A model generated the notes under the pieces. It searched no databases. It was not told the origin of the DNA and saw only the letters and a program-made list of their open reading frames with translations. Shown in pieces: positions 7,985 through 15,024 of a DNA stretch of 32,000 nucleotides (within the stretch, counting starts at the first letter, position 1; each line of letters begins with the position of its first letter). Location: the NCBI RefSeq assembly GCF_021054785.1, contig NZ_CP088239.1:2010001-2042000 (forward strand), in the 5' to 3' direction. Made by a program: the position numbers and the translations under genes. This DNA is from Tannockella kyphosi (GTDB taxonomy: Bacteria; Bacillota_I; Bacilli_A; Erysipelotrichales; Coprobacillaceae).

Positions 7985-8713
7985 TTAAATACAATACTCT
8001 CTCCAAAATACTTCACTTAACTCTCTAAGTAAAATCATTAATCCGGTTCTATCCGTAACATTAAAACCATCTAGTCTTCTCTCTTCACCCCAAAAATACA
8101 ACGCTTTATTACTAATACTACTTAAACTATTTTTATTAAAATGAGTAATACTAATTACACATACTCCTCTTTCTTTGGCTTGTTTAGCTACTTCTATTAA
8201 TCTTTTATTTTCTCCAGTAGCACTTATAAATACCAAAACATCCTGTTGATCACAATGACTTACTCGATAATCTATTTCATGATAGTTATGATAATATTCT
8301 GCTTTTTTATTGATACAACGTAAATTATTAGCCATCATTTCACAAAAATAAATAGAATCTCCTACTCCTAGAAAATAAACTGTTTTACATTTCTTCATTT
8401 TTAAAGATACTTGAAATAAAGCATCATAATTAATTAATTCAATTGTTTTCGATACATTATTTGGTATCTTTTTTATTTTACCTGCTTCTTCATTTTCTTG
8501 TTGAATCATTATTTTTAATTGTGCAAAGCCAGTATATTCTAACTTCTTAGCTAAACGCATAATAGCGTTTGGTACACTATATACTTCACTCGCAATATCT
8601 TGTATTGATAATGTATGTATTATGCTCCGATTCTTTCTAATATAATCAATAATCTCATCATCCGTATCATTTAATTTAAATTCCTGTTTTAATACACGTT
8701 CTTCAAAATTCAT
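7985..8713 (-). CDS. MurR/RpiR-family transcriptional regulator (HTH_6 + SIS domains)
   Basis: N-terminal HTH (IQDIASEVYSVPNAIMRLAKKLEYTGFAQLK) and a SIS domain (VYFLGVGDSIYFCEMMANNL ... VLVFISATGEN). GAAGGAG Shine-Dalgarno. Confidence 0.9.
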   Translation of the reverse strand: MNFEERVLKQEFKLNDTDDEIIDYIRKNRSIIHTLSIQDIASEVYSVPNAIMRLAKKLEYTGFAQLKIMIQQENEEAGKIKKIPNNVSKTIELINYDALFQVSLKMKKCKTVYFLGVGDSIYFCEMMANNLRCINKKAEYYHNYHEIDYRVSHCDQQDVLVFISATGENKRLIEVAKQAKERGVCVISITHFNKNSLSSISNKALYFWGEERRLDGFNVTDRTGLMILLRELSEVFWREYCI

Positions 8714-8740
8714 AAAACAATACTCCTTCTATTTTATTTT

Positions 8741-9376
8741 TTATAAATCGGATGGTGTTGTTATTTTTTTGTTTTCATAATCACCTACAACAACATACAC
8801 TTTCTTGTTTGTAAACATTTCTACTAAAGAACTATCATCCGTAGCAACAAAGTTATTCTCTTTTCCTTTTTGATAAGCTTCCTTGATTAAGTTAGTCTCA
8901 AATACTTGTGGTGTTTGTGCATTCATCATAGTATGACGAGCTGGTGTTTTCACCACAATTCCATCTACTACTTCTTTTAATGTATCAATACTTGGAACCA
9001 TCACTAAACATGCTTTGTGTTTTTCCACACACTGGCATAATTCATCCATTGTTTTTCTAGCAACATAAGGTCTTGCTCCATCATGAATAAAAACATATTC
9101 TTGATTCACTACTTGAAGTCCAGCATAGACACTATCTTGTCTTTCTTTACCACCGATACAATATTTGATACGTTTATCAGATACTAATGCATCAAATTCA
9201 GGCATTTCTTCTTGTTTACAAACAACAATAATTTGATGACAACGACTATCATTTAAAAAGAGTTTCATTGTTTTTTGATAGACTGTTTCCCCATCTTTTT
9301 GATAAAACATTTTATTATAACCTAATCCTGTTCTAGAACCACTTCCAGCACATAAAACAATCGCACTATATTTCAT
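8741..9376 (-). CDS. ispD: IspD/TarI-family cytidylyltransferase (2-C-methyl-D-erythritol 4-phosphate cytidylyltransferase most likely)
   Basis: AIVLCAGSGSRTG (P-loop-like), GGKERQDSVYAGL, IHDGARP, TPQVF, ATDDSSL, ENKKITTPSDL. All are IspD-family motifs. Sequence alone cannot exclude the ribitol-5-P cytidylyltransferase function. Confidence 0.82.
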   Translation of the reverse strand: MKYSAIVLCAGSGSRTGLGYNKMFYQKDGETVYQKTMKLFLNDSRCHQIIVVCKQEEMPEFDALVSDKRIKYCIGGKERQDSVYAGLQVVNQEYVFIHDGARPYVARKTMDELCQCVEKHKACLVMVPSIDTLKEVVDGIVVKTPARHTMMNAQTPQVFETNLIKEAYQKGKENNFVATDDSSLVEMFTNKKVYVVVGDYENKKITTPSDL

Positions 9377-9415
9377 CGTATCACCTTCCTTTGCTTTATT
9401 TTATCACGGTTATCT

Positions 9416-9445
9416 AAAAAAAAATAGAGTCTAAATTAGACTCTA
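9416..9445 (-). terminator. Intrinsic terminator after the LytTR / LiaF-like gene pair
   Basis: Minus strand TAGAGTCTAA-T-TTAGACTCTA followed by T9. The TAG stop codon is the first 3 nt of the stem. Confidence 0.75.
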
Positions 9446-10102
9446 AATATAAATAATTTGTAATTCACTACAAGTAATACTTCCTTTTACATATAGTGTA
9501 TATACTTGATCATCAATAACACCTGTTTTAGAGACATCTCCAAACAATGTTTTTACAGAAGATTCTACTTTCCAACTCCTTGGTACAAATAAATTAACTT
9601 CTCCACAAGTTACTTTTATATTCACAGTTGCTTCATTCATTAACATCGTTGTTTGATCAAAATATACTTTCACTTCTCCAAAAGTACAATGAATATTTGC
9701 TTCTTCAAAGTGATTCGAAGAAATATATTTTTCTACTCCTCCAAATGTAATCGATACATCATCACTTATATCTTGGTAGAGTACTTTTTCTTTCTTTGTT
9801 TTTTGGGGAAAAATCAAAGAAACACCAATACTTAATAATGTTGCTATTACCATTAAAGCTAGAAAAGATATTCTAGGCATCGATAATGCTTCATACGTAA
9901 AAATATAACAAAAAGAAAAACTAAAGATAGCTTGACTAAAGTTTCTTTGATAAATCCCTGCAATCCCTATTCCTCCAAAGATAACTCCTGCTACTACTGT
10001 TCCAAATTCAAAATTAGGCAAATATCCTAATTCTGATAGTAAGAATAACAATGCACTTATAATTAATGTTATCCCTATAATTTTATCACCATACTTATTC
10101 AT
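9443..10102 (-). CDS. Membrane protein with LiaF-like (DUF2154-type) C-terminal domain
   Basis: The N-terminal half has about 4 hydrophobic helices. The C-terminal half has repeated FG-x-V/I beta-strand motifs (TFGGVEK, CTFGEVKVYF, VTCGEVNLFVP, LFGDVS), as in the LiaF / cell-wall-active-antibiotic response protein family. The start lies 1 nt after the LytTR gene stop. Confidence 0.6.
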   Translation of the reverse strand: MNKYGDKIIGITLIISALLFLLSELGYLPNFEFGTVVAGVIFGGIGIAGIYQRNFSQAIFSFSFCYIFTYEALSMPRISFLALMVIATLLSIGVSLIFPQKTKKEKVLYQDISDDVSITFGGVEKYISSNHFEEANIHCTFGEVKVYFDQTTMLMNEATVNIKVTCGEVNLFVPRSWKVESSVKTLFGDVSKTGVIDDQVYTLYVKGSITCSELQIIYI

Positions 10103-10103
10103 T

Positions 10104-10556
10104 TTATTTCCTCTTTCTTTCTAGAACATATTGGAAATTTTTATAATATGTTCTTGATATCGATACATTCTTATGACTTCCTTTAAATTCAACCATTCCA
10201 TTTCTTACTAAGTCTCGATTAATAGCATAAATATTTTTCACATTTACAATAGCTGACTTCGATACTCTAACATAAAAGTCAGGTAATAATTGTTCTAGTT
10301 CATATAGTTTATATTTTACTTGGTATACCTTATCTATTGTATGTGCTACGATGTCTCTACCTTCTGTTTCAAAAAATAAAACATCATCCAGATTTAAAAA
10401 ACATTCTTTTTCTAATAGATATCCTTTTATTTCTTGTAATTGAGGATATGCATTTAGTTGTTTTTCTAGTTTTTTTATATCTTCATTATATTCTTTTGTA
10501 AGAATATGAACGGTTGTTTCTTCTAAGTCTTCTTTTATTTCTACTACAACTTTCAA
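10104..10556 (-). CDS. LytTR-family DNA-binding protein (no receiver domain)
   Basis: C-terminal LytTR domain (FFETEGRDIVAHT...YVRVSKSAIVNVKNIYAI). I favour the TTG at 10556, preceded by AAGGAGG with 7-nt spacing. The ATG at 10577 in the ORF track has no Shine-Dalgarno and sits only about 8 nt from a TATGAT -10 box. Confidence 0.8.
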   Translation of the reverse strand: MKVVVEIKEDLEETTVHILTKEYNEDIKKLEKQLNAYPQLQEIKGYLLEKECFLNLDDVLFFETEGRDIVAHTIDKVYQVKYKLYELEQLLPDFYVRVSKSAIVNVKNIYAINRDLVRNGMVEFKGSHKNVSISRTYYKNFQYVLERKRK

Positions 10557-10645
10557 AACAATTCCTCCTTTACGCATTTAGCTTATCATATTTTTGTTTT
10601 TATTTCTTCTTTTTTGTTTAACAGGTTACTTTTTTAGTCTAAGAA

Positions 10646-10675
10646 GTAAAAAAGGATATCTAAAATAGATATCCT
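10646..10675 (-). terminator. Intrinsic terminator after the Clp ATPase gene
   Basis: Minus strand AGGATATCTA-TTT-TAGATATCCT followed by TTTTTT; the stem overlaps the TAG stop. Confidence 0.75.
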
Positions 10676-12677
10676 ATTGATAAGTAAGTACTTCTTTTTG
10701 TATTAAATATTGTTGTAATTGTCTTAGTGCTCCTCTTGCTCCTAGATGAATTTGATAGTTATTGAGCAGGTTTTCTAGTTCTTTTGATGATAATTCAAAA
10801 GCACAATTGTTTTGTAAAATTGTTAAGATTGCATCTTTTGATAAGTCAAAGAATTGAAAAGTATAGTCAATTCGATTGATAAATTCATCACTAAAATAGT
10901 GATAAATATTATCTTGTTTCTTTGTTTTCTTAAAACCTAAACCATTATTTTGTTGGAATATGTTTGCAGTCATAATAATCAAACAGTCATGAAAATAGAT
11001 TTTTCTCTTTTGGTTATCTTCTAGATAACCTTCATCTAATACTTGTAGAAATAGGTGTAAGACATCAGGATGGGCTTTTTCTATTTCATCTAATAAGATA
11101 ATTGATTTTTGATTTGTTGTCAGCTTTTCTAAAAACAAACTAGATTTTTCATATCCTATATATCCTGGTGGAGATCCTAATATTTTTTGTAGCGAAGTTG
11201 GGTCTTTGTATTCAGACATATCTAATCGAATAATTGGTTTATTCATGAATATGCTTAGTTGTTTTACTAATTCTGTTTTTCCAACACCTGTTCTACCGGT
11301 AAATAAGTATACTCCTTGTGGTTTGTTTCTTTGTTTTTTAGGATATGCTAGATGATTAATAAACGTATCAATAATAGAATCTTGCCCAATTACTTTCTTT
11401 TTTAATGATTCTTTTAGGGCAGGATAATCGTATTCTTGATCTATCTTTATTTTTGTATACTCTTCGATTGTTTGTTTTAAGATATCTTTGGTTACTGTTT
11501 TTGCTTGTAAGAATTTTGTTTTTACACAAGCTAAATCTAATATATCAATTGCTTTATCTGGAAAAGTTCTGTTTTTCATATAACGTGTTACTGTTTCTAA
11601 TAGATAGTCTAAACAATCATCTGGTAATAAGATACCATGATATTGTTCATAATAGGCTTTATTTTGTAAGAGAATTTGTTTTGTTTCTTCACGAGTGTTT
11701 TCTTGTAACATTACAATACTAAAGCGACGATTCATTGCTTGTACAGGTTCAAAGTATTGGTAATACTCACTTGTTGTAGTGGCACCTATAATGGTGATAT
11801 CTTTTCTAGCAATATATGGTTTTAATATATTAGAGGCATCGATAGCACCTTCTGCTCCTCCTGCTCCTATCATAGTATGAATTTCATCAATAAATAGAAC
11901 AACATTATCTAATCCTTTTACCTTATCAATTATTTTCTTTAGTTTCTCTTCAAATTCTCCTCGATATTTTGTTCCTGATACAACACCAGATAAGTTTAAT
12001 TCATAAATTAATGTTTTTTGTAAGCTTGGTATTACATTCTTTTCATTAATCATCATTGCTAGTTTTTCAACTAATGCGGATTTTCCAACACCTGCTTGTC
12101 CTATAATTAAAGCATTGCTTTTCTCTTTTTTAGAAAGTATCATACATAATTGCTCTATTTCTTTTTCTCTTCCTACTATTTCTTTTTTGTTTTCTTTCAT
12201 TCTTTTGTTTAGATTAATTAAGGTTGGTATTTGATCTAGTTTTGATTCTAAGTCACTATTTTCTTTCATTTCAAAAATAATTTCTTCTATATCTACCTTA
12301 TATTTCTTTAATAGCTCCATTGCAACACTTTCTCTAGACTCTAATAACGCTAGTGATAAAATATTGATTGATACTTTATCACTTGCTGTTTCTTTTACTA
12401 ATTGTATTGCTTTTTCTAATATGTCTTGTACTATTTCGCTATATTCCATATAAAAAGGTTGATCATCACTTCGTCCAAATAAACGAATAATATCATCCTC
12501 TATTTTTTTATCATCTACATCGTACTTTTGTAATGCATTTGTTAATTTTGCATCTGTCATTTTTAATATTGCAAGCAATAAGTGTTCACTTCCAACACTA
12601 GGATGTCCAAAGTCAAAGGCAATGCTTTCGCCTATTACTATTGCTTTTTGAGACTGTTCATCAAATTTTGTTAACAT
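10674..12677 (-). CDS. clpC: ATP-dependent Clp protease ATP-binding subunit, compact ClpC/ClpA-like class I AAA+ (two AAA modules)
   Basis: Clp_N repeat (GHPSVGSEHLLLAILK). Walker A in D1 GQAGVGKSAL and Walker B FIDEIH. Walker A in D2 GRTGVGKTEL and Walker B LLDEIEKAH. ClpP-docking-type tripeptide LGF (NNGLGFKK). At 667 aa it is clearly shorter than typical ClpC. Confidence 0.9.
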   Translation of the reverse strand: MLTKFDEQSQKAIVIGESIAFDFGHPSVGSEHLLLAILKMTDAKLTNALQKYDVDDKKIEDDIIRLFGRSDDQPFYMEYSEIVQDILEKAIQLVKETASDKVSINILSLALLESRESVAMELLKKYKVDIEEIIFEMKENSDLESKLDQIPTLINLNKRMKENKKEIVGREKEIEQLCMILSKKEKSNALIIGQAGVGKSALVEKLAMMINEKNVIPSLQKTLIYELNLSGVVSGTKYRGEFEEKLKKIIDKVKGLDNVVLFIDEIHTMIGAGGAEGAIDASNILKPYIARKDITIIGATTTSEYYQYFEPVQAMNRRFSIVMLQENTREETKQILLQNKAYYEQYHGILLPDDCLDYLLETVTRYMKNRTFPDKAIDILDLACVKTKFLQAKTVTKDILKQTIEEYTKIKIDQEYDYPALKESLKKKVIGQDSIIDTFINHLAYPKKQRNKPQGVYLFTGRTGVGKTELVKQLSIFMNKPIIRLDMSEYKDPTSLQKILGSPPGYIGYEKSSLFLEKLTTNQKSIILLDEIEKAHPDVLHLFLQVLDEGYLEDNQKRKIYFHDCLIIMTANIFQQNNGLGFKKTKKQDNIYHYFSDEFINRIDYTFQFFDLSKDAILTILQNNCAFELSSKELENLLNNYQIHLGARGALRQLQQYLIQKEVLTYQ

Positions 12678-12756
12678 AGTACACCTCTTTCCTTTCTAAT
12701 ATATGTATTACCTATTTAAATTATTAACAATGCTTTTGGTTTTATGCTTTTTTTCA

Positions 12757-12783
12757 AAATAAAAAGTTAGATTAGATCTAACT
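12757..12783 (-). terminator. Intrinsic terminator after the small secreted-protein gene
   Basis: Minus strand AGTTAGAT-CTA-ATCTAACT followed by TTTTTATTTT; the TAG stop lies inside the 5' arm. Confidence 0.65.
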
Positions 12784-13140
12784 AAACAAAGATAAAAACC
12801 ATGATTTCTTAACTACATCTTGACTACTACTACAATAGTTCAACTCTAAAGTACCTTGAATGCTTTTTCCATTTCCATCACCTTGAACAATCAAATACTC
12901 CCCATTATAAAAACTAGCATCATATTCATTTGTATGATCAGCACAAACTTGATATAAATCATCTACTCCTTTTGACCAATCTATATAATCTGCCAACAAT
13001 TGATTTTTAGTTTGATAAGCCTTATCAATATCTTCTTGATTATTACTTGCTGCTACAATCGTATAAGTTGGAGATTCACTCCCTGCATCTATCGTTAGCA
13101 TATTCATTATTATAAAACATATTACAATATATTTTCTCAT
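12778..13140 (-). CDS. Small secreted/membrane-anchored protein of unknown function (weak SpoIIR-like motifs)
   Basis: Start trimmed to the ATG at 13140 (MRKYIVICFIIMNMLTIDAG..., GAGGTGAA Shine-Dalgarno). The N-terminus is a signal-peptide-like hydrophobic segment. I recognise no confident family. Confidence 0.6.
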   Translation of the reverse strand: MRKYIVICFIIMNMLTIDAGSESPTYTIVAASNNQEDIDKAYQTKNQLLADYIDWSKGVDDLYQVCADHTNEYDASFYNGEYLIVQGDGNGKSIQGTLELNYCSSSQDVVKKSWFLSLFS

Positions 13141-13206
13141 TCTATTCACCTCAAGTTCATTTTTCACCATTATAATTATTTTATACATATAAAGAGGAGA
13201 ATTTTT

Positions 13207-13881
13207 ATGGGAAATAGTTATGAGGTGTCGTTATCTGACTTAATGTTAGATGAAGCAGTGTTTTCTTCTATTAATGAATTTGCACAAATTCAACAAATAT
13301 ATAGTGCAGCTATTAAAGAGATTAAAACAAAGCTAGAAATATTAGATGATGAGTTTGCAGTACGTTATGATTATAATCCAATTCATCATATGGATTATCG
13401 TTTAAAGAAACCTAGAAGTATTATTAATAAGTGTCGTAAAAATAATATTCCTGTTAATGCGGATGCGATTCAAAAGAATTTATTTGATATAGCAGGTATT
13501 CGTGTTATTTGTAATTATGTGGATGATATTTATTTAGTAGCTAATTTATTATCAAAACAAGATGATGTTACACTTCTTGTTAAAAAGGATTATATTAAAA
13601 ACCCTAAACCTAGTGGTTATCGTAGTTTACATCTTGTTTTAGAAATACCAATATTCTTAGCAGATGAAACAAAAATGGTTCCTGTAGAAATACAAATTCG
13701 TACAATCGCAATGGATTTTTGGGCAAGTCTAGAACATCATATGAAATACAAAACAGATGCTAGTGTCCCTGATGGTGTTCGTTTAGAGCTTACAGAGTGT
13801 GCTAATTCGATTAGTAAACTAGATCATAAAATGCAGGGTATTCATAATGAACTAACAAAACTATCAAAAAAGGATGACTAA
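13207..13881 (+). CDS. relQ: Small alarmone synthetase / GTP pyrophosphokinase (RelQ/RelP, YjbM/YwaC family)
   Basis: Single RelA_SpoT synthetase domain: DIAGIRVICNYVDDIY, GYRSLHLVLEIP, VEIQIRTIAMDFWASLEH. There is no hydrolase domain. Confidence 0.9.
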   Translation: MGNSYEVSLSDLMLDEAVFSSINEFAQIQQIYSAAIKEIKTKLEILDDEFAVRYDYNPIHHMDYRLKKPRSIINKCRKNNIPVNADAIQKNLFDIAGIRVICNYVDDIYLVANLLSKQDDVTLLVKKDYIKNPKPSGYRSLHLVLEIPIFLADETKMVPVEIQIRTIAMDFWASLEHHMKYKTDASVPDGVRLELTECANSISKLDHKMQGIHNELTKLSKKDD

Positions 13882-13900
13882 TTGTTATCCTTTTGTTTTT
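13865..13900. terminator. Bidirectional terminator shared by convergent relQ and pnuC
   Basis: AAAAA-AGGATGAC-TAATT-GTTATCCT-TTTTGTTTTT (8-bp stem including one G.U pair). The stop codons of both genes lie in or at the loop. Confidence 0.6.
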
Positions 13901-14567
13901 CTTTCATTTTTTTCCAATTATAATAAGCATATAAATCATTTACTAAAAATACACAAAAACATAAAACCATGGTTAGATAAGTACTATTTTGTATGGTTGC
14001 AAGCAACCATAATATAATTAATATTATATCATTGAATGCATAGGCAATTGCATAATAATGACTACGCAAATAAGTTAACCCGACTGCCATAAAACTAGTA
14101 AAAATAGACAACACACTAACGATTAAATTTTGTGTATTAAAATATTTTAAAACAAAATAAAATAGAATCGTTACTATCATTGTCAAAAAACATAAACATA
14201 GAAACTTTGGTTTTGTTAGATTGGCTACTTCAACTTCATCTATTGATCCTTGATAAGGATTTTTCAACCATTCTATTGTTGCCAGTAATGCCATAGGTCC
14301 TGTCATACAAAGATATGTCAACATTTCGCCATAATATCCAAATTGATAAGATATATATCCATACAATATACTAAACACAACCGTTATTATTTGTCCTAAT
14401 ACATTGCCTCTTGCTAAATAAAGCAATCCAGTAATTCCTAATAATGTTGTAAAAAGTGATAAATAATGAATATTTCCATGAAAGATATTAACACTTAAAA
14501 TAATAGTTATCGATAGTATCCATAATCTCATTTCTATTTTATTAAAACAAAATATCATCTTTTTCAT
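13878..14567 (-). CDS. pnuC: PnuC-family nicotinamide riboside/NMN transporter (probable)
   Basis: 229 aa with about 7 TM helices. The segment ARGNVLGQIITVVFSILYGYISYQFGYYGEM resembles the conserved PnuC core, and a W-rich C-terminus is present. Call made from memory of the family; no search was run. Confidence 0.6.
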   Translation of the reverse strand: MKKMIFCFNKIEMRLWILSITIILSVNIFHGNIHYLSLFTTLLGITGLLYLARGNVLGQIITVVFSILYGYISYQFGYYGEMLTYLCMTGPMALLATIEWLKNPYQGSIDEVEVANLTKPKFLCLCFLTMIVTILFYFVLKYFNTQNLIVSVLSIFTSFMAVGLTYLRSHYYAIAYAFNDIILIILWLLATIQNSTYLTMVLCFCVFLVNDLYAYYNWKKMKEKQKDNN

Positions 14568-14580
14568 ATCTTTCTCCCAA

Positions 14581-14612
14581 AAAAAGAAGCATTGATCATG
14601 CTTCTTTTTAAA
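14581..14612. terminator. Intrinsic terminator ending the lysine-biosynthesis operon (hairpin also flanked by an A-run)
   Basis: Minus strand AAAAAGAAGCAT-GATCA-ATGCTTCTTTTTTT, located between the GNAT stop and the pnuC Shine-Dalgarno. Confidence 0.7.
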
Positions 14613-15023
14613 CTATATTTCTTTTAACATGGTAACATGAGGACAATGTTCATCTAAGTATTCTTCGCCTTTTTGATGATACCCCATCTTTTGATAAAAT
14701 ATTTTTGCTTGTACCTGTGCCGATAGTTTTATTTTATGATAACCTTCTTTTTTTATTTCTTTTTCTAAATACTCCATCATTTGTTTGCCTAAATGAGATT
14801 TACGATATGCTTTGGCTACTGCTATTCTACCTATAATTGCATAGTCATCTTCGTAATAGATTCTTCCTACCACAACAGGTAGTTCTTCTTCCATAAACAC
14901 AACATGTTTACAACTAGCATCTCTTGATTCAAATTCATCTTGAAATCCTTGTTCTTTTACAAATACTTCTTCTCTAAGAATTTTGGCTTGTTCAAATAAA
15001 CCAATTTGACATATTACTTCCAT
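14613..15023 (-). CDS. GNAT-family N-acetyltransferase (YjcF/ElaA-like)
   Basis: EEVFVKEQGF..., RIAVAKAYRKSHLGKQMM (acetyl-CoA binding Q/R-x-x-G-x-G/A-like region). The start is uncertain: the ATG at 15023 (1 nt after the lysA stop) is preferred, and 15035 or 15056 are possible. None has a strong Shine-Dalgarno. Confidence 0.8.
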   Translation of the reverse strand: MEVICQIGLFEQAKILREEVFVKEQGFQDEFESRDASCKHVVFMEEELPVVVGRIYYEDDYAIIGRIAVAKAYRKSHLGKQMMEYLEKEIKKEGYHKIKLSAQVQAKIFYQKMGYHQKGEEYLDEHCPHVTMLKEI

Positions 15024-15024
15024 G

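Noticed and set aside
7843-8016. N-terminal 58-aa extension of the PTS ORF given in the ORF track
   Set aside because: The extension overlaps the 3' end of the RpiR-family gene, has no Shine-Dalgarno and encodes Lys/Cys-rich junk. The ATG at 7842 has an AAGGAGAA Shine-Dalgarno and starts exactly at the EIIA domain.
10591-10619. Direct repeat TTTTTGTTT x2 with a 20-nt period upstream of the LytTR gene, as a possible LytTR binding box
   Set aside because: The sequence is pure T-rich low complexity of the kind common in AT-rich intergenic DNA. It also overlaps the -10/-35 zone rather than lying upstream of it, and the period is 20 nt rather than the usual 21. This is not enough evidence to call a site.
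11405-11722. 105-aa plus-strand ORF, plus similar antisense ORFs at 2355..2597, 2608..2793, 3421..3609, 6059..6244, 7192..7398, 9653..9835, 17575..17772, 20988..21212, 23959..24186, 24659..24913, 25949..26134, 28515..28715, 29113..29304 and 30949..31209
   Set aside because: All are nested inside, or out of frame with, long well-supported genes. They lack Shine-Dalgarno sequences and encode Leu/Phe/Ile-rich low-complexity peptides typical of spurious frames in AT-rich DNA.
12678-12777. CtsR operator upstream of the Clp ATPase gene
   Set aside because: No GGTCAAA (or TTTGACC) heptad direct repeat is present on either strand of the upstream region.
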